Part shown: positions 1 to 8,600 of the stretch, in pieces | How the letters are laid out: every line of letters starts with the position of its first letter | Numbering within the stretch: position 1 is the stretch's first letter | Assembly: GCA_964606485.1 (NCBI GenBank) | Contig: CAZSGP010000003.1 | Coordinates: 194,481-258,480 of the forward strand | Length of the DNA stretch: 64,000 nucleotides | DNA from: an uncultured Planctomycetia bacterium | Lineage (GTDB): Bacteria; Omnitrophota; Gorgyraeia; 2-02-FULL-51-18 | Direction: 5' to 3' | Program-made: the position numbers and the translations under genes | Notes under the pieces: model-generated | Told to the model about the DNA's origin: nothing | What the model saw: the letters and a program-made list of their open reading frames with translations, nothing else | Database searches by the model: none

Positions 1-930
1 GAAAATATCAGCGCCCCACGCATCGCGGTTACGACTTCCCGCAGTGACTGCGGCAGCGTATTCGCCCATTTGATGCGCCAATTCAGCACCCAACGTCATC
101 TGGGAAATCGGATCAAACTGAACCCGGCCACCCAAGGTATAAGTTGAGTTTAAAAGGTCGTTGCTTTGCAACACATTGGTAGCATTCGATGCGCGATCAA
201 GATCGGCAATGAAATAAGCTTCGGCCACTGCGTTGTATTCAGAGAATTTATAAGTCACGTAGTTAACCCAGAGATCGCGATCATCTTCAGGATCGTGCGC
301 ATTTTCAACGATCTTGGAATAAGCGATGTCGATTGTCCATGGGCTAAAATCAAGTGTCGCACGAATCGCGTCAAATGACTGAATCTGAGTGAATTCGTCG
401 GCTTGAATCGTTCCCGAAGGATCCTGAGGGTTCCAACCCACCACAAATCCACGGCCATAAGTGAGATCTTGACGACCAACGGTCAAAGTTAAAGGAGCAT
501 AAAAAATCTCCTTCATCTGAACATAGGCCAAATCAATCATGACGTCAAATTCCTGAGTGGTGTTGTTCGCAGCACCAGTGCCACCAGCCACGTCAAATAC
601 GTCCGCATTCCAGTCTCTCTGATTGATCAGGTTGATGACGGTGGAGACGTTGTTCGTTAAAGCTGCATCCACGCGGAGCTGGGTAATAGACATAAAATAG
701 CTATCCCCTTCCGAACGATGCACAAGTGAACCCGTGTGATTGTTGGCTTGCGTCCCTGTTGCGATATTCGCAGCACCCGCATCATTGCCATTGTTTAGAT
801 CATAGGCATTACGATAAAAAGCATAAGCGTCTAAAGAACCGCTTACTTTAACATTCTGCGTTTCGGCAAAAGCCGGTGCGACAAACACCAGACCCATCGC
901 CAAAGTCAGCATGGTTTTTAAAGTTTTCAT
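1..930 (-). CDS. Outer-membrane porin-like beta-barrel protein. Start codon at 930; the 3' end runs past the window start (partial).
   Basis: I translated the minus strand from the ATG at 928-930. The N-terminus MKTLKTMLTLAMGLVFVAPAFA-ETQNVKVSGS is a classic signal peptide. The rest is rich in alternating polar/aromatic segments and Asn/Gly/Thr, as in outer-membrane porins. The frame stays open to position 1. The ORF track omits it because it is truncated at the window edge. Confidence 0.55.
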   Translation of the reverse strand, partial: MKTLKTMLTLAMGLVFVAPAFAETQNVKVSGSLDAYAFYRNAYDLNNGNDAGAANIATGTQANNHTGSLVHRSEGDSYFMSITQLRVDAALTNNVSTVINLINQRDWNADVFDVAGGTGAANNTTQEFDVMIDLAYVQMKEIFYAPLTLTVGRQDLTYGRGFVVGWNPQDPSGTIQADEFTQIQSFDAIRATLDFSPWTIDIAYSKIVENAHDPEDDRDLWVNYVTYKFSEYNAVAEAYFIADLDRASNATNVLQSNDLLNSTYTLGGRVQFDPISQMTLGAELAHQMGEYAAAVTAGSRNRDAWGADIF

Positions 931-1111
931 TTATTTCTCCAAGTTCTTTATTTTCGAGGTTAAATTGCTTTTTAAGTGCCGCTTGCGACCCGATTAATTA
1001 CTCCCCCCTTTCATGGTCTTATTTAACGGCTAAATTCGATGAAAATGTTAACACAATGTATCTTACAGGGCAATGTTAACAACTTGTAACGAAAGGGTTA
1101 ATTCGAAGTTA

Positions 1112-2707
1112 TTAGAGCGATGGAAAAGCGGTGGTGATGGGCATGCGCCGATCCCGCCCAAACGCTTTGGGTGTGATTTTAACACCTGGAGGAGCCTGTC
1201 GGCGCTTGTACTCGTTACGGACCACAAGTTTCAACAATTTTTTAGATGAGGCCGATGGTAAAACATCATTTTCAACGTACTTTTCGAGAAATGCATCTAA
1301 AACTGGGTAGGGCGGCAAAGAATCCTGGTCTTTTTGGTTGGGGCGAAGCTCAGCGGTGGGTGGTCTCTTAATGATGCTATTGGGAATAAGTTCGTAGCCC
1401 GCCTGCTTATTGAGGAAACGGCACAAGCGAAACACCAGTGTTTTGGGAACATCCTTAATCACCGCAAAACCTCCCGCCATGTCTCCGTAGAGCGTGCAGT
1501 ACCCGGTGGCCATTTCGCTTTTGTTGCCGGTGGTTAGAACAAGGTAACCAAACTTATTCGATAGCGCCATAAGGAGATTTCCACGAACCCGCGCTTGCAA
1601 ATTCTCTTCAGTGGCATCCATGGGCAAATTCTTAAATGAGGACTTGAGTGTTTCCCTATAAATTTCAAAAATCGGAGCGATTCCAAATTCTTCACAGCGA
1701 ATGTTTAATTTTTTAGCAAGCTTCTTGGCGTCTTGGTAAGTTTCGTTGGAAGTAATTTTTGAAGGCATTGTAACACCAAGCACATTTTCAGCGCCGATAG
1801 CACGAACTGCGATGGCCGCCACAAGAGCCGAATCAATTCCTCCACTCAAACCAATCACCACTTTCTTGAAACCATTTTTTAAAACGTAATCCCTCGTACC
1901 CAAAATAAGAGCTTGTAAAACCTCATCTTCCAGCACCGGCGTGTTCGCGGGCCCAGACGATATTCGTGTGTTAGATAAATCAGCAATTCTCAGACCTTCC
2001 TTAAATTGCTCCATTTGAGTAACAATTTTTCCTTGGTTTGCTACGAGACTCCCCCCATCAAATACGAGCTCATCCTGCCCTCCAACCAAATTCACATACA
2101 CCACCGGTTTTCCAATTTTCCGCGAAAGATCTCCGATTAATTTTCGACGCTCCCCTAGCTTGCCTGTGTGATACGGAGACGCAGATATATTGACAAGTAA
2201 ATCAATTTTAGAGGGGAACGATTTTGAGTATACAAACGAGTCTTTACGCCAGATGTCTTCGCAAATAGACAGCCCAACGCGGTTTCCGCCAACCCGAATT
2301 ATGCGCGGGCGAATTCCCGCTTTAAAATAACGCTTCTCATCAAACACGCCGTAGTTGGGTAGTTTTGTTTTGTGATAAATAACTTCAACGTTTCCATTAG
2401 ATAGAACTGCCGCCGAGTTATAAAGAATCCCTGAAGCATCACGATCCACAAAACCAATAATTACCGAAAGACCACTAGTTTTTTTAGAGATAATTTTTAG
2501 AGTTTTAATATTTTCATCGATAAACTTTTTTTGAAGAAGCAGGTCTTCTGGTGGATAACCTGTGATCGTCATTTCTGGGAACACCACAAGAGAGGCTCTC
2601 TGCGCGCGCGCTTCATCTAGCACCACGCCAACTTTGCGGCTATTCCCAACGAAGTCGCCTACCGTCGTGTTGATCTGAGCCATCAATATCTTGATGGCTT
2701 TTTTCAT
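1112..2707 (-). CDS. nadE: Glutamine-dependent NAD+ synthetase (N-terminal nitrilase/CN-hydrolase domain plus C-terminal NAD synthase domain).
   Basis: 531 aa. The N-terminal carbon-nitrogen hydrolase region carries a LVVFPE motif. The C-terminal region has the PP-loop ATP pyrophosphatase motif GLSGGIDSALVAAIAV. Confidence 0.9.
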   Translation of the reverse strand: MKKAIKILMAQINTTVGDFVGNSRKVGVVLDEARAQRASLVVFPEMTITGYPPEDLLLQKKFIDENIKTLKIISKKTSGLSVIIGFVDRDASGILYNSAAVLSNGNVEVIYHKTKLPNYGVFDEKRYFKAGIRPRIIRVGGNRVGLSICEDIWRKDSFVYSKSFPSKIDLLVNISASPYHTGKLGERRKLIGDLSRKIGKPVVYVNLVGGQDELVFDGGSLVANQGKIVTQMEQFKEGLRIADLSNTRISSGPANTPVLEDEVLQALILGTRDYVLKNGFKKVVIGLSGGIDSALVAAIAVRAIGAENVLGVTMPSKITSNETYQDAKKLAKKLNIRCEEFGIAPIFEIYRETLKSSFKNLPMDATEENLQARVRGNLLMALSNKFGYLVLTTGNKSEMATGYCTLYGDMAGGFAVIKDVPKTLVFRLCRFLNKQAGYELIPNSIIKRPPTAELRPNQKDQDSLPPYPVLDAFLEKYVENDVLPSASSKKLLKLVVRNEYKRRQAPPGVKITPKAFGRDRRMPITTAFPSL

Positions 2708-3042
2708 GGAATGATTAAAGAAAAAACGGTTCGATCATCGCGGACCAGCGCAAAGCCCAGGATCTGTAAATCCGGAAGCTCTTTTTTAAGGATTTCGAAA
2801 AAAGTATTTAATAGGCTAGTTTCGGAAATTGGTTGATTGGCAAGAAACGGAACATCTAGACCTAGATCACGGGAATGAATTTGATCAATAAGTGAGGCTT
2901 GCACTTTTTGATCCAAGCGAAACTCTGTCTGCTCGCTGACCCAAACCACGGAAATCTCTAACTTAAAGTTATAGCCATGAATTTTTTCGTCGCGCTCAAA
3001 ACTTGCGCTAAAAGGGTAACTGCGGGTTAGGACGGCTTTCAC
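2704..3042 (-). CDS. 6-pyruvoyl-tetrahydropterin synthase (PTPS/QueD)-fold protein with a degenerate metal site. The start is re-assigned to the GTG that overlaps the folE stop (GTGA).
   Basis: The FSASFER...[12 protein letters not shown]...LIDQIH pattern aligns with the QueD/PTPS pattern FEAAHRL...LHGHSFMVRLEIT...LDHHYLND. Two of three Zn-ligand His are replaced (H to F, H to Y) and the conserved Cys is absent. The listed ORF start at 3123 overlaps folE by 85 nt. An in-frame GTG at 3040-3042 gives the 4-nt GTGA overlap typical of translational coupling. Confidence 0.45.
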   Translation of the reverse strand: MKAVLTRSYPFSASFERDEKIHGYNFKLEISVVWVSEQTEFRLDQKVQASLIDQIHSRDLGLDVPFLANQPISETSLLNTFFEILKKELPDLQILGFALVRDDRTVFSLIIP

Positions 3043-3602
3043 TTTTTGTGGATAAGCTCCATGAATTCCATACGCGTTGACCGGTCGTTTCGAAAAGCTC
3101 CTAGCATCGCACTTGTCACGCAAGTGGAGTTTTGTTTTTCAACGCCTCTCATCGCCATGCAAAGGTGCAACGCTTCGATAATCACCGCAACGCCCAGAGG
3201 CTCAAGCTCTTCTTTTAAAAAATTTGCGATCTGCTGAGTTAGCCGCTCCTGAACCTGAAGTCGGCGAGCAAACATATCCACCACGCGGGGAATCTTGCTC
3301 AAGCCAATAATTTTACCTTTAGGGATATAGGCTACGTGGCACTTTCCGTAAAACGGCAGCAGATGATGTTCGCAGAGACTAAAAAGCTCAATGTCTTTTA
3401 AAACAACCATCTCATTATAGGTCTCATTAAAGATAGCCCCGTTCATTACGACTTTGGGGTCCATCTTATAACCACTAGTGAGATACTTGTAGGACTCTTG
3501 GACTCGACGGGGGGTTCGTTTTAAACCCTCACGCGTTGGGTCCTCCCCCACCGTCACAAGCAGATCTTTGGTTAGTTGCTCAATGGATGATTTTTTCTTC
3601 AT
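3039..3602 (-). CDS. folE: GTP cyclohydrolase I
   Basis: 187 aa. A conserved FolE core is recognisable ([42 protein letters not shown]). Confidence 0.9.
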   Translation of the reverse strand: MKKKSSIEQLTKDLLVTVGEDPTREGLKRTPRRVQESYKYLTSGYKMDPKVVMNGAIFNETYNEMVVLKDIELFSLCEHHLLPFYGKCHVAYIPKGKIIGLSKIPRVVDMFARRLQVQERLTQQIANFLKEELEPLGVAVIIEALHLCMAMRGVEKQNSTCVTSAMLGAFRNDRSTRMEFMELIHKK

Positions 3603-3612
3603 GGGTATGCAT

Positions 3613-3663
3613 TCTAAAATAAATTACCCGCCTTCTCAAGGAGAACCTTTTGAAGACGGGTAA
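3613..3663 (-). terminator. Rho-independent terminator downstream of the small secreted-protein gene at 3690-4037.
   Basis: An imperfect 12-bp inverted repeat (TTACCCGCCTTC at 3624-3635 and GAAGACGGGTAA at 3652-3663) is followed on the minus strand by a U-rich tract (UUUAUUUUAGAAUG). Confidence 0.5.
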
Positions 3664-3689
3664 TTGAATTCTAGCTTAAAGAAATAAAA

Positions 3690-4037
3690 CTACTCTAAGC
3701 GGGGTTTTTCGGGATTAACGAGCGGTTGCTTTTTGGGAATCCAAAAAGTCATCAGGTCGATAACTCCAGCGCCCGTGCGGTGAATCGCGCTACGAACACC
3801 AACGGCTCCACCAGCCACAACACCCGTTAAATGCTCGGGCATGTTTTTGCCTTTGGATACTTCGTTGTGAGTTTGGTCCATAACTTCAACCCAGCTCGTG
3901 CTCACGTTGCGAGAACCCGTGCGAACGTTCTTGGTCTGATCTTCACCGGCAAAACCGGATCCGTTATCCGCAAATGCAGGAGCGGAAATCGTAGCCGCCA
4001 TAAGAGCGACAACTGCTAATGAGATTAACTTTTTCAC
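3690..4037 (-). CDS. Small secreted protein. One of two paralogs sharing a C-terminal RTGAG...TF..P...EP motif.
   Basis: 115 aa with signal peptide MKKLISLAVVALMAATISAPAFA. The C-terminus GVVAGGAVGVRSAIHRTGAGVIDLMTFWIPKK...PEKPRLE resembles that of the protein at 20793-21083. Confidence 0.6.
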   Translation of the reverse strand: MKKLISLAVVALMAATISAPAFADNGSGFAGEDQTKNVRTGSRNVSTSWVEVMDQTHNEVSKGKNMPEHLTGVVAGGAVGVRSAIHRTGAGVIDLMTFWIPKKQPLVNPEKPRLE

Positions 4038-4141
4038 TTGTAAAACCTCCTTAAGTTATAATTAATTCAACACCTTTAAAATATATCAAATCTTAACAAT
4101 GCTGTCAAATATTAATTTCTAATCTAATCTTTACTGTAGTA

Positions 4142-4645
4142 TTATCGAAAATTGACAAACTGGAGTGAGGTTTCGAAGTTATGAGCGCGAACAGCCCCCA
4201 TAACCGCTTGCAAGTCGTCGATCTTAACCGCCTGCACCCTCACCTGGTCGGATTGAATCTGGGCCTGAACTTTCATTTTGAGGTCTTTGATAAACTTGAT
4301 AATCTCTTTGGCTTTATCCGAAGGGATCCCGCTTTGAATCTCGATAACCTGCTTTACAGAACCACCCACCATCCCGGTCTCAACATCCTTATATTTCAGA
4401 GCTAGTAAAGAAACATTTCTTTTGACGCACTTGGTCTGAACCATATCCACCAATGTTTTGAGGCGGTATTCATTTTCGGTTTTAAGGGTGATTGTTTTTT
4501 CGGTTTTATCCAGAACGATCGTGCTCACCGAACCCTTAAAATCAAATCGCTGCGCAAGCTCTTTGCTCGCTTGAGTGACAGCGTTGTCCACTTCCTGCAT
4601 ATTGATTTCGCTGACAATATCAAATGTGTGGTCTTTTGAGCCCAT
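4142..4645 (-). CDS. yajQ: YajQ-family (UPF0234) nucleotide-binding protein
   Basis: DIVSEINMQEVDNAV...RFDFKG...KMKVQAQIQSDQVRVQAVKIDDLQAVMGAVR matches the YajQ family end to end. The start is moved to the internal Met (MGSKDHTFDIV) so the gene does not run into sucD. Confidence 0.8.
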   Translation of the reverse strand: MGSKDHTFDIVSEINMQEVDNAVTQASKELAQRFDFKGSVSTIVLDKTEKTITLKTENEYRLKTLVDMVQTKCVKRNVSLLALKYKDVETGMVGGSVKQVIEIQSGIPSDKAKEIIKFIKDLKMKVQAQIQSDQVRVQAVKIDDLQAVMGAVRAHNFETSLQFVNFR

Positions 4646-4646
4646 A

Positions 4647-5525
4647 TTAGTTTTTAGAAAAAAATGATTTTTTGACAGTTGATCCGATGTCACTTAAATT
4701 TTTCACAACAGTGACGCCGCAGGATTCCAAAACTGACATTTTTTCTTGGGCGGTCCCACTAGACCCGGAAATAATAGCACCCGCGTGTCCCATTCGCTTT
4801 CCTTTGGGGGCTGTGGCGCCGGCAATAAAAGCCGCGACTTTCTTTTTCATATTATTTTTGATAAATTGACCCGCAAGCTCTTCCTGGTCTCCACCAATCT
4901 CACCAATGAGCACAACCGCCTCGGTCTCTGGATCCTTTTCAAACAGCGCAAGAGCATCAATAAAGCTCGTGCCAATCACAGGATCTCCGCCAATGCCAAT
5001 ACAAGTCGATTGCCCGAGCCCCGCAGAAGTGAGCTGCCATACCGCTTCATAGGTCAGCGTTCCGCTTCTCGAAATAACACCCACACTCCCCTTTTTATGA
5101 ATGTAGCCCGGCATAATCCCGACCTTGCACTCATCAGAGGTAATAATTCCTGGGCAGTTGGGCCCGATGATTCTGGCGTTTTTAGACTTCGCATAATCAA
5201 CTGCTCGAACCATGTCGAGCGTTGGAATGCCCTCAGTAATACAAACCACAAGCTCAATTCCAGCGTCCACCGCTTCTTTGACTGCGCTCAGCGCAAAGGG
5301 CGCAGGGACGTAAAGCATGGAAACAGTTGCACCCGTTTTATCTACAGCCTGTTTGACGCTATCAAAAACAGGTATCGTCCCGACAAGCGTCCCGCCTTTT
5401 TTGGGGGTAACACCTCCAACAAGCTGGGTTCCGTATTCCAAACATTTCTGCGCGTGAAAACTACCAGCTTTTCCGGTGATTCCCTGACAAATTACTTTCG
5501 AATTCTTATTAACGAGTATGGACAT
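4647..5525 (-). CDS. sucD: Succinyl-CoA synthetase alpha subunit
   Basis: [21 protein letters not shown] matches the E. coli SucD N-terminus. The motifs [10 protein letters not shown] and GHAGAII are present. The start is set at Met39 of the listed ORF, which overlaps the sucC 3' end by 17 nt. Confidence 0.9.
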   Translation of the reverse strand: MSILVNKNSKVICQGITGKAGSFHAQKCLEYGTQLVGGVTPKKGGTLVGTIPVFDSVKQAVDKTGATVSMLYVPAPFALSAVKEAVDAGIELVVCITEGIPTLDMVRAVDYAKSKNARIIGPNCPGIITSDECKVGIMPGYIHKKGSVGVISRSGTLTYEAVWQLTSAGLGQSTCIGIGGDPVIGTSFIDALALFEKDPETEAVVLIGEIGGDQEELAGQFIKNNMKKKVAAFIAGATAPKGKRMGHAGAIISGSSGTAQEKMSVLESCGVTVVKNLSDIGSTVKKSFFSKN

Positions 5526-6699
5526 AATTTTTTCGGTGTTCAGCCGCCTTTTGAACCGCTGTTTCAGCGGCCTGTTTAATAGTGGTGCAAGAGTGAATTG
5601 CGATCCCTGAGTTTTGAAGCAGCGCCCGACCTTCTTCAACGCTCGTGCCTTCTAGCCTAACGATCAAAGGAACGTGCAACTTTACTTCTTTGGAAGCTTG
5701 AACAATTCCATCCGCAATAACATCACACTTCATGATTCCGCCAAAAATATTAACGAGAATCGCCTCAACGCGCTCATCCTGAAGGATAATTTTAAACGCT
5801 TCTCGAACCTGGTCGGTGTTTGCTCCACCGCCCACATCCAAAAAGTTTGCAGGCTCTCCACCCGCAAGCTTAATCATGTCCATTGTCGCCATCGCGAGGC
5901 CCGCGCCATTCACAAGGCACCCGACATTGCCCGTCATCGAGACATAGCTCAGGTTAAACGCCTTTGCCTTCTGCTCCCGCTCGTCGTACTCGTCGGGGTC
6001 TTTCATGAGATTCAAATCTTCGTGACGAAAGAGTGCGTTGTCATCAATCACAATTTTAGCGTCGAGCGCAATAATTTTCTGATCCGGCGTTAAGGCTAGC
6101 GGATTAATTTCGCAAATGGCCGCATCTTTTTCGGAGAAGAGCTTTGCGAGATTTGCCGCGACTTGAGCAACCTGCCGGCTAATGTTGTCATTGGCAAAAA
6201 CAGGCTTTATCCAGGAAAAGAGGAGCTCGTTGCTTGGGAGGTGATCCGGTGAAAAATGAAATTTGTGAATGCTTTCAGGATTTTTACGGGCTACTTCCTC
6301 GATTTCAACCCCACCCTCTTTACAGACCAGGATGACCGGGCAATTCTTGTTTCGATCCATGACAATACCGAGGTAATACTCAAGCTGAATCGGTGTGTCC
6401 GCCGAAAAGAAAATAGCTCGAACCACTTTACTTTCACCGTTGGACTGATAAGTCGAAAATGGCTTGCCGAGAAATTTTTCGCTAAACGCGTGCGCTTCTT
6501 GCGGTGTTTTAACTTTCACAACACCGCCCGCCTTGCCTCGACCACCCATCAACACCTGGACCTTGGCCACCGCGATCGGATTAGCAACTTCTTTAAATGC
6601 GCTTTCGGAATCCTCTGCCTTAAAAATTACCGTGCCACGCGATACAGGAACCTGGTAAATCTCTAAAAGCTTACGAGCTTGATATTCTTGAAGTTTCAA
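5509..6699 (-). CDS. sucC: Succinyl-CoA synthetase beta subunit (ATP-grasp)
   Basis: 396 aa with N-terminus [19 protein letters not shown] and an ATP-grasp domain, followed by a CoA-ligase domain. It is contiguous with sucD. Confidence 0.9.
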   Translation of the reverse strand: MKLQEYQARKLLEIYQVPVSRGTVIFKAEDSESAFKEVANPIAVAKVQVLMGGRGKAGGVVKVKTPQEAHAFSEKFLGKPFSTYQSNGESKVVRAIFFSADTPIQLEYYLGIVMDRNKNCPVILVCKEGGVEIEEVARKNPESIHKFHFSPDHLPSNELLFSWIKPVFANDNISRQVAQVAANLAKLFSEKDAAICEINPLALTPDQKIIALDAKIVIDDNALFRHEDLNLMKDPDEYDEREQKAKAFNLSYVSMTGNVGCLVNGAGLAMATMDMIKLAGGEPANFLDVGGGANTDQVREAFKIILQDERVEAILVNIFGGIMKCDVIADGIVQASKEVKLHVPLIVRLEGTSVEEGRALLQNSGIAIHSCTTIKQAAETAVQKAAEHRKNYVHTR

Positions 6700-7646
6700 A
6701 CGCCCACTCCTAACCGCTCAAGCTCTGCAATTCCTTGCGTGACTTTAGCTGCTGATGTTGCAAGCCCTTGTTTCTCCTCAGCTGACAGAGAGATCTCAAC
6801 CACTTTCTCCACTCCCTTTTTTCCGATGCTCGCCGGAACTCCAAAATAGATCCCAGAAATACCGTACTCCCCATTTAAATACGCGCAAACGGGTAGTGTT
6901 TTTTTCTCGTCTTTTAAAATCGATTTAACCATTTCACAAACCGAGCTTGCTGGTGCGTAGAAAGCAGATCCTGTTTTGAGAAGCGCTACAATCTCCGCTC
7001 CGCCGTCTCGCGTGCGTTGTTCGATTTTTGCGAGCTCGTCAGCCGGAATTAGGCTTTTAACCGGTTTTCCAGAAACCGTGGTCTGACTGGATACGGGCAC
7101 CATTAAGTCCCCATGCCCACCCAACACAACCGCCTGAACATCCTTACCCGCTACTTCCAGACGCTCGGCTATAAAAAACCGCATCCGAGCCGTATCCAAC
7201 ACGCCAGCCATCCCAAAAACACGTTCTTTTGGGAAACCAGAAAGCTTCTGAGCTAGCTGCGTCATAATATCTAAAGGGTTTGTGACGATGATTAACTTGG
7301 ACTCCGGCGCAAATTTTTTAACATTCGTCACTACGTCCGAAATGATCTTAGCGTTCATCGACAAAAGATCTTCGCGAGTCATCCCCGGTTTTCGGGGAAG
7401 CCCAGCCGTCACCACGACAATCTCAGCGCCCTCAATGTCTTTGTATTCATTCGTTCCGATAATCCGACGGTCATGCCCCTCTACCGGAGCAGCTTCCATA
7501 AGATCGAGCGCCTTGCCCTGCGGCATGCCCGGAACTACGTCAAATAAAACGACGTCGCTGATCCCTTTTTCTAAAATTCGCTGCGCCGTAGTAGCACCTA
7601 CTTGCCCTGCTCCAATCACTGCCGTAAATGGTTTTCTGATTTTCAT
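6696..7646 (-). CDS. mdh: Malate dehydrogenase (LDH-like MDH family)
   Basis: Rossmann motif GAGQVGATTA. The substrate-specificity position reads GLPRKPGMTRED (Arg, not Gln, so malate rather than lactate). The gene is clustered with sucCD. Confidence 0.85.
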   Translation of the reverse strand: MKIRKPFTAVIGAGQVGATTAQRILEKGISDVVLFDVVPGMPQGKALDLMEAAPVEGHDRRIIGTNEYKDIEGAEIVVVTAGLPRKPGMTREDLLSMNAKIISDVVTNVKKFAPESKLIIVTNPLDIMTQLAQKLSGFPKERVFGMAGVLDTARMRFFIAERLEVAGKDVQAVVLGGHGDLMVPVSSQTTVSGKPVKSLIPADELAKIEQRTRDGGAEIVALLKTGSAFYAPASSVCEMVKSILKDEKKTLPVCAYLNGEYGISGIYFGVPASIGKKGVEKVVEISLSAEEKQGLATSAAKVTQGIAELERLGVGV

Positions 7647-8089
7647 TGTAAGATTTTTCCTAAATGTTCACTTACTCGTTTAGAATCGGCCTGCCCCTTT
7701 AATTTTTCAGTCAAAACTTTCATCATTCGTCCAAAATCTTTTTTGGTGGTGGCATTTTCCTGTAAAGCAGTGGCCTTAACAAGCGTCTCAAGCTCAGCAT
7801 CGCTCATTTGCGCCGGCAAGTAACTCTCAAGAATCTTCGCTTCTTTCATCTCTTGTTCCGCCAGATCAGAGCGTCCAGCTTTTTGGAATTGATCGATGGA
7901 TTCCCGGCGCTGCTTAATTTGTTTTTGAATAATGCTTTGCGCGTCTGCATCACTTAACGCGTCCACTTTCTTTTCAATGGCAGCGTATTTGAGAGCAGAT
8001 TTTAGAAACCGTACCACCGACAGCCGGTCCGCGTCTTTTGAAACCATTGCCGCTTTTAAATCTTGTTCAATTTTAGCAAATAAACTCAA
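7643..8089 (-). CDS. GatB/YqeY domain protein
   Basis: 148 aa. The KAAMVSKD...LSVVRFLKSALKYAAIEK...ESYLP pattern is typical of the YqeY family. Confidence 0.75.
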   Translation of the reverse strand: MSLFAKIEQDLKAAMVSKDADRLSVVRFLKSALKYAAIEKKVDALSDADAQSIIQKQIKQRRESIDQFQKAGRSDLAEQEMKEAKILESYLPAQMSDAELETLVKATALQENATTKKDFGRMMKVLTEKLKGQADSKRVSEHLGKILQ

Positions 8090-8159
8090 AATTCAAACTC
8101 CTTGTAGAAAGGGGGAGCCTGCGCGTCGTCGCAAACTCCCCCGTTCTTTTAAAATAAAT

Positions 8160-8531
8160 TTATTTTTGCTCTTCTTGAGCCGAATTCACTGGAAGCGAAC
8201 CTGTTTCCGCAACGGCTTGGCCAGTGGTTTGAGCGGTTCCAACAACTGCATCACCGACGATCGCGGGAGCTTGGTCTAATTGGCCCGTCAACACTTGCGC
8301 GGTGTTTTCGCCCGTTTTAGCGATCACCTTTTCACCTGTGTTGTTCAATAGATTTCCGGTCATTTCGCCGGTACCCTGAACCGCTTTGACAGGATAATTA
8401 AATAATCTTCTAAAAAAACCAGTGACACTCTTTTCAGATTCGCTCGATGCTGCAAATGATGGCGAAACCATGACAAACGAAAAAATTGCAAAAAGAAATA
8501 TTGCGGTAAATTTGCGGGCGGATTGAAACAT
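8160..8531 (-). CDS. Small secreted protein (Thr/Gly-rich).
   Basis: 123 aa with N-terminal signal peptide FTAIFLFAIFSFVMVSPSFAASS. The mature part is TG-repeat-rich low complexity. A GGGGGAG/CTCCCCC hairpin lies just downstream at 8111-8142. Confidence 0.5.
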   Translation of the reverse strand: MFQSARKFTAIFLFAIFSFVMVSPSFAASSESEKSVTGFFRRLFNYPVKAVQGTGEMTGNLLNNTGEKVIAKTGENTAQVLTGQLDQAPAIVGDAVVGTAQTTGQAVAETGSLPVNSAQEEQK

Positions 8532-8600
8532 TCCAAAACCTCCTTAAGGTGAGTTGAGCAACCCGCGTATTATAGAAAGCAGGGCTTTCCAAGTCAAGCG

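Noticed and set aside
4746-5579. 277-aa plus-strand ORF antisense to sucD. Similar long antisense ORFs occur at 35976-36611 opposite efp and at 5674-6093 and 6256-6666 opposite sucC.
   Set aside because: These lie fully inside well-supported minus-strand genes. Their translations are low-complexity, Arg/Ser-rich and have no recognisable motifs. They are typical shadow ORFs.
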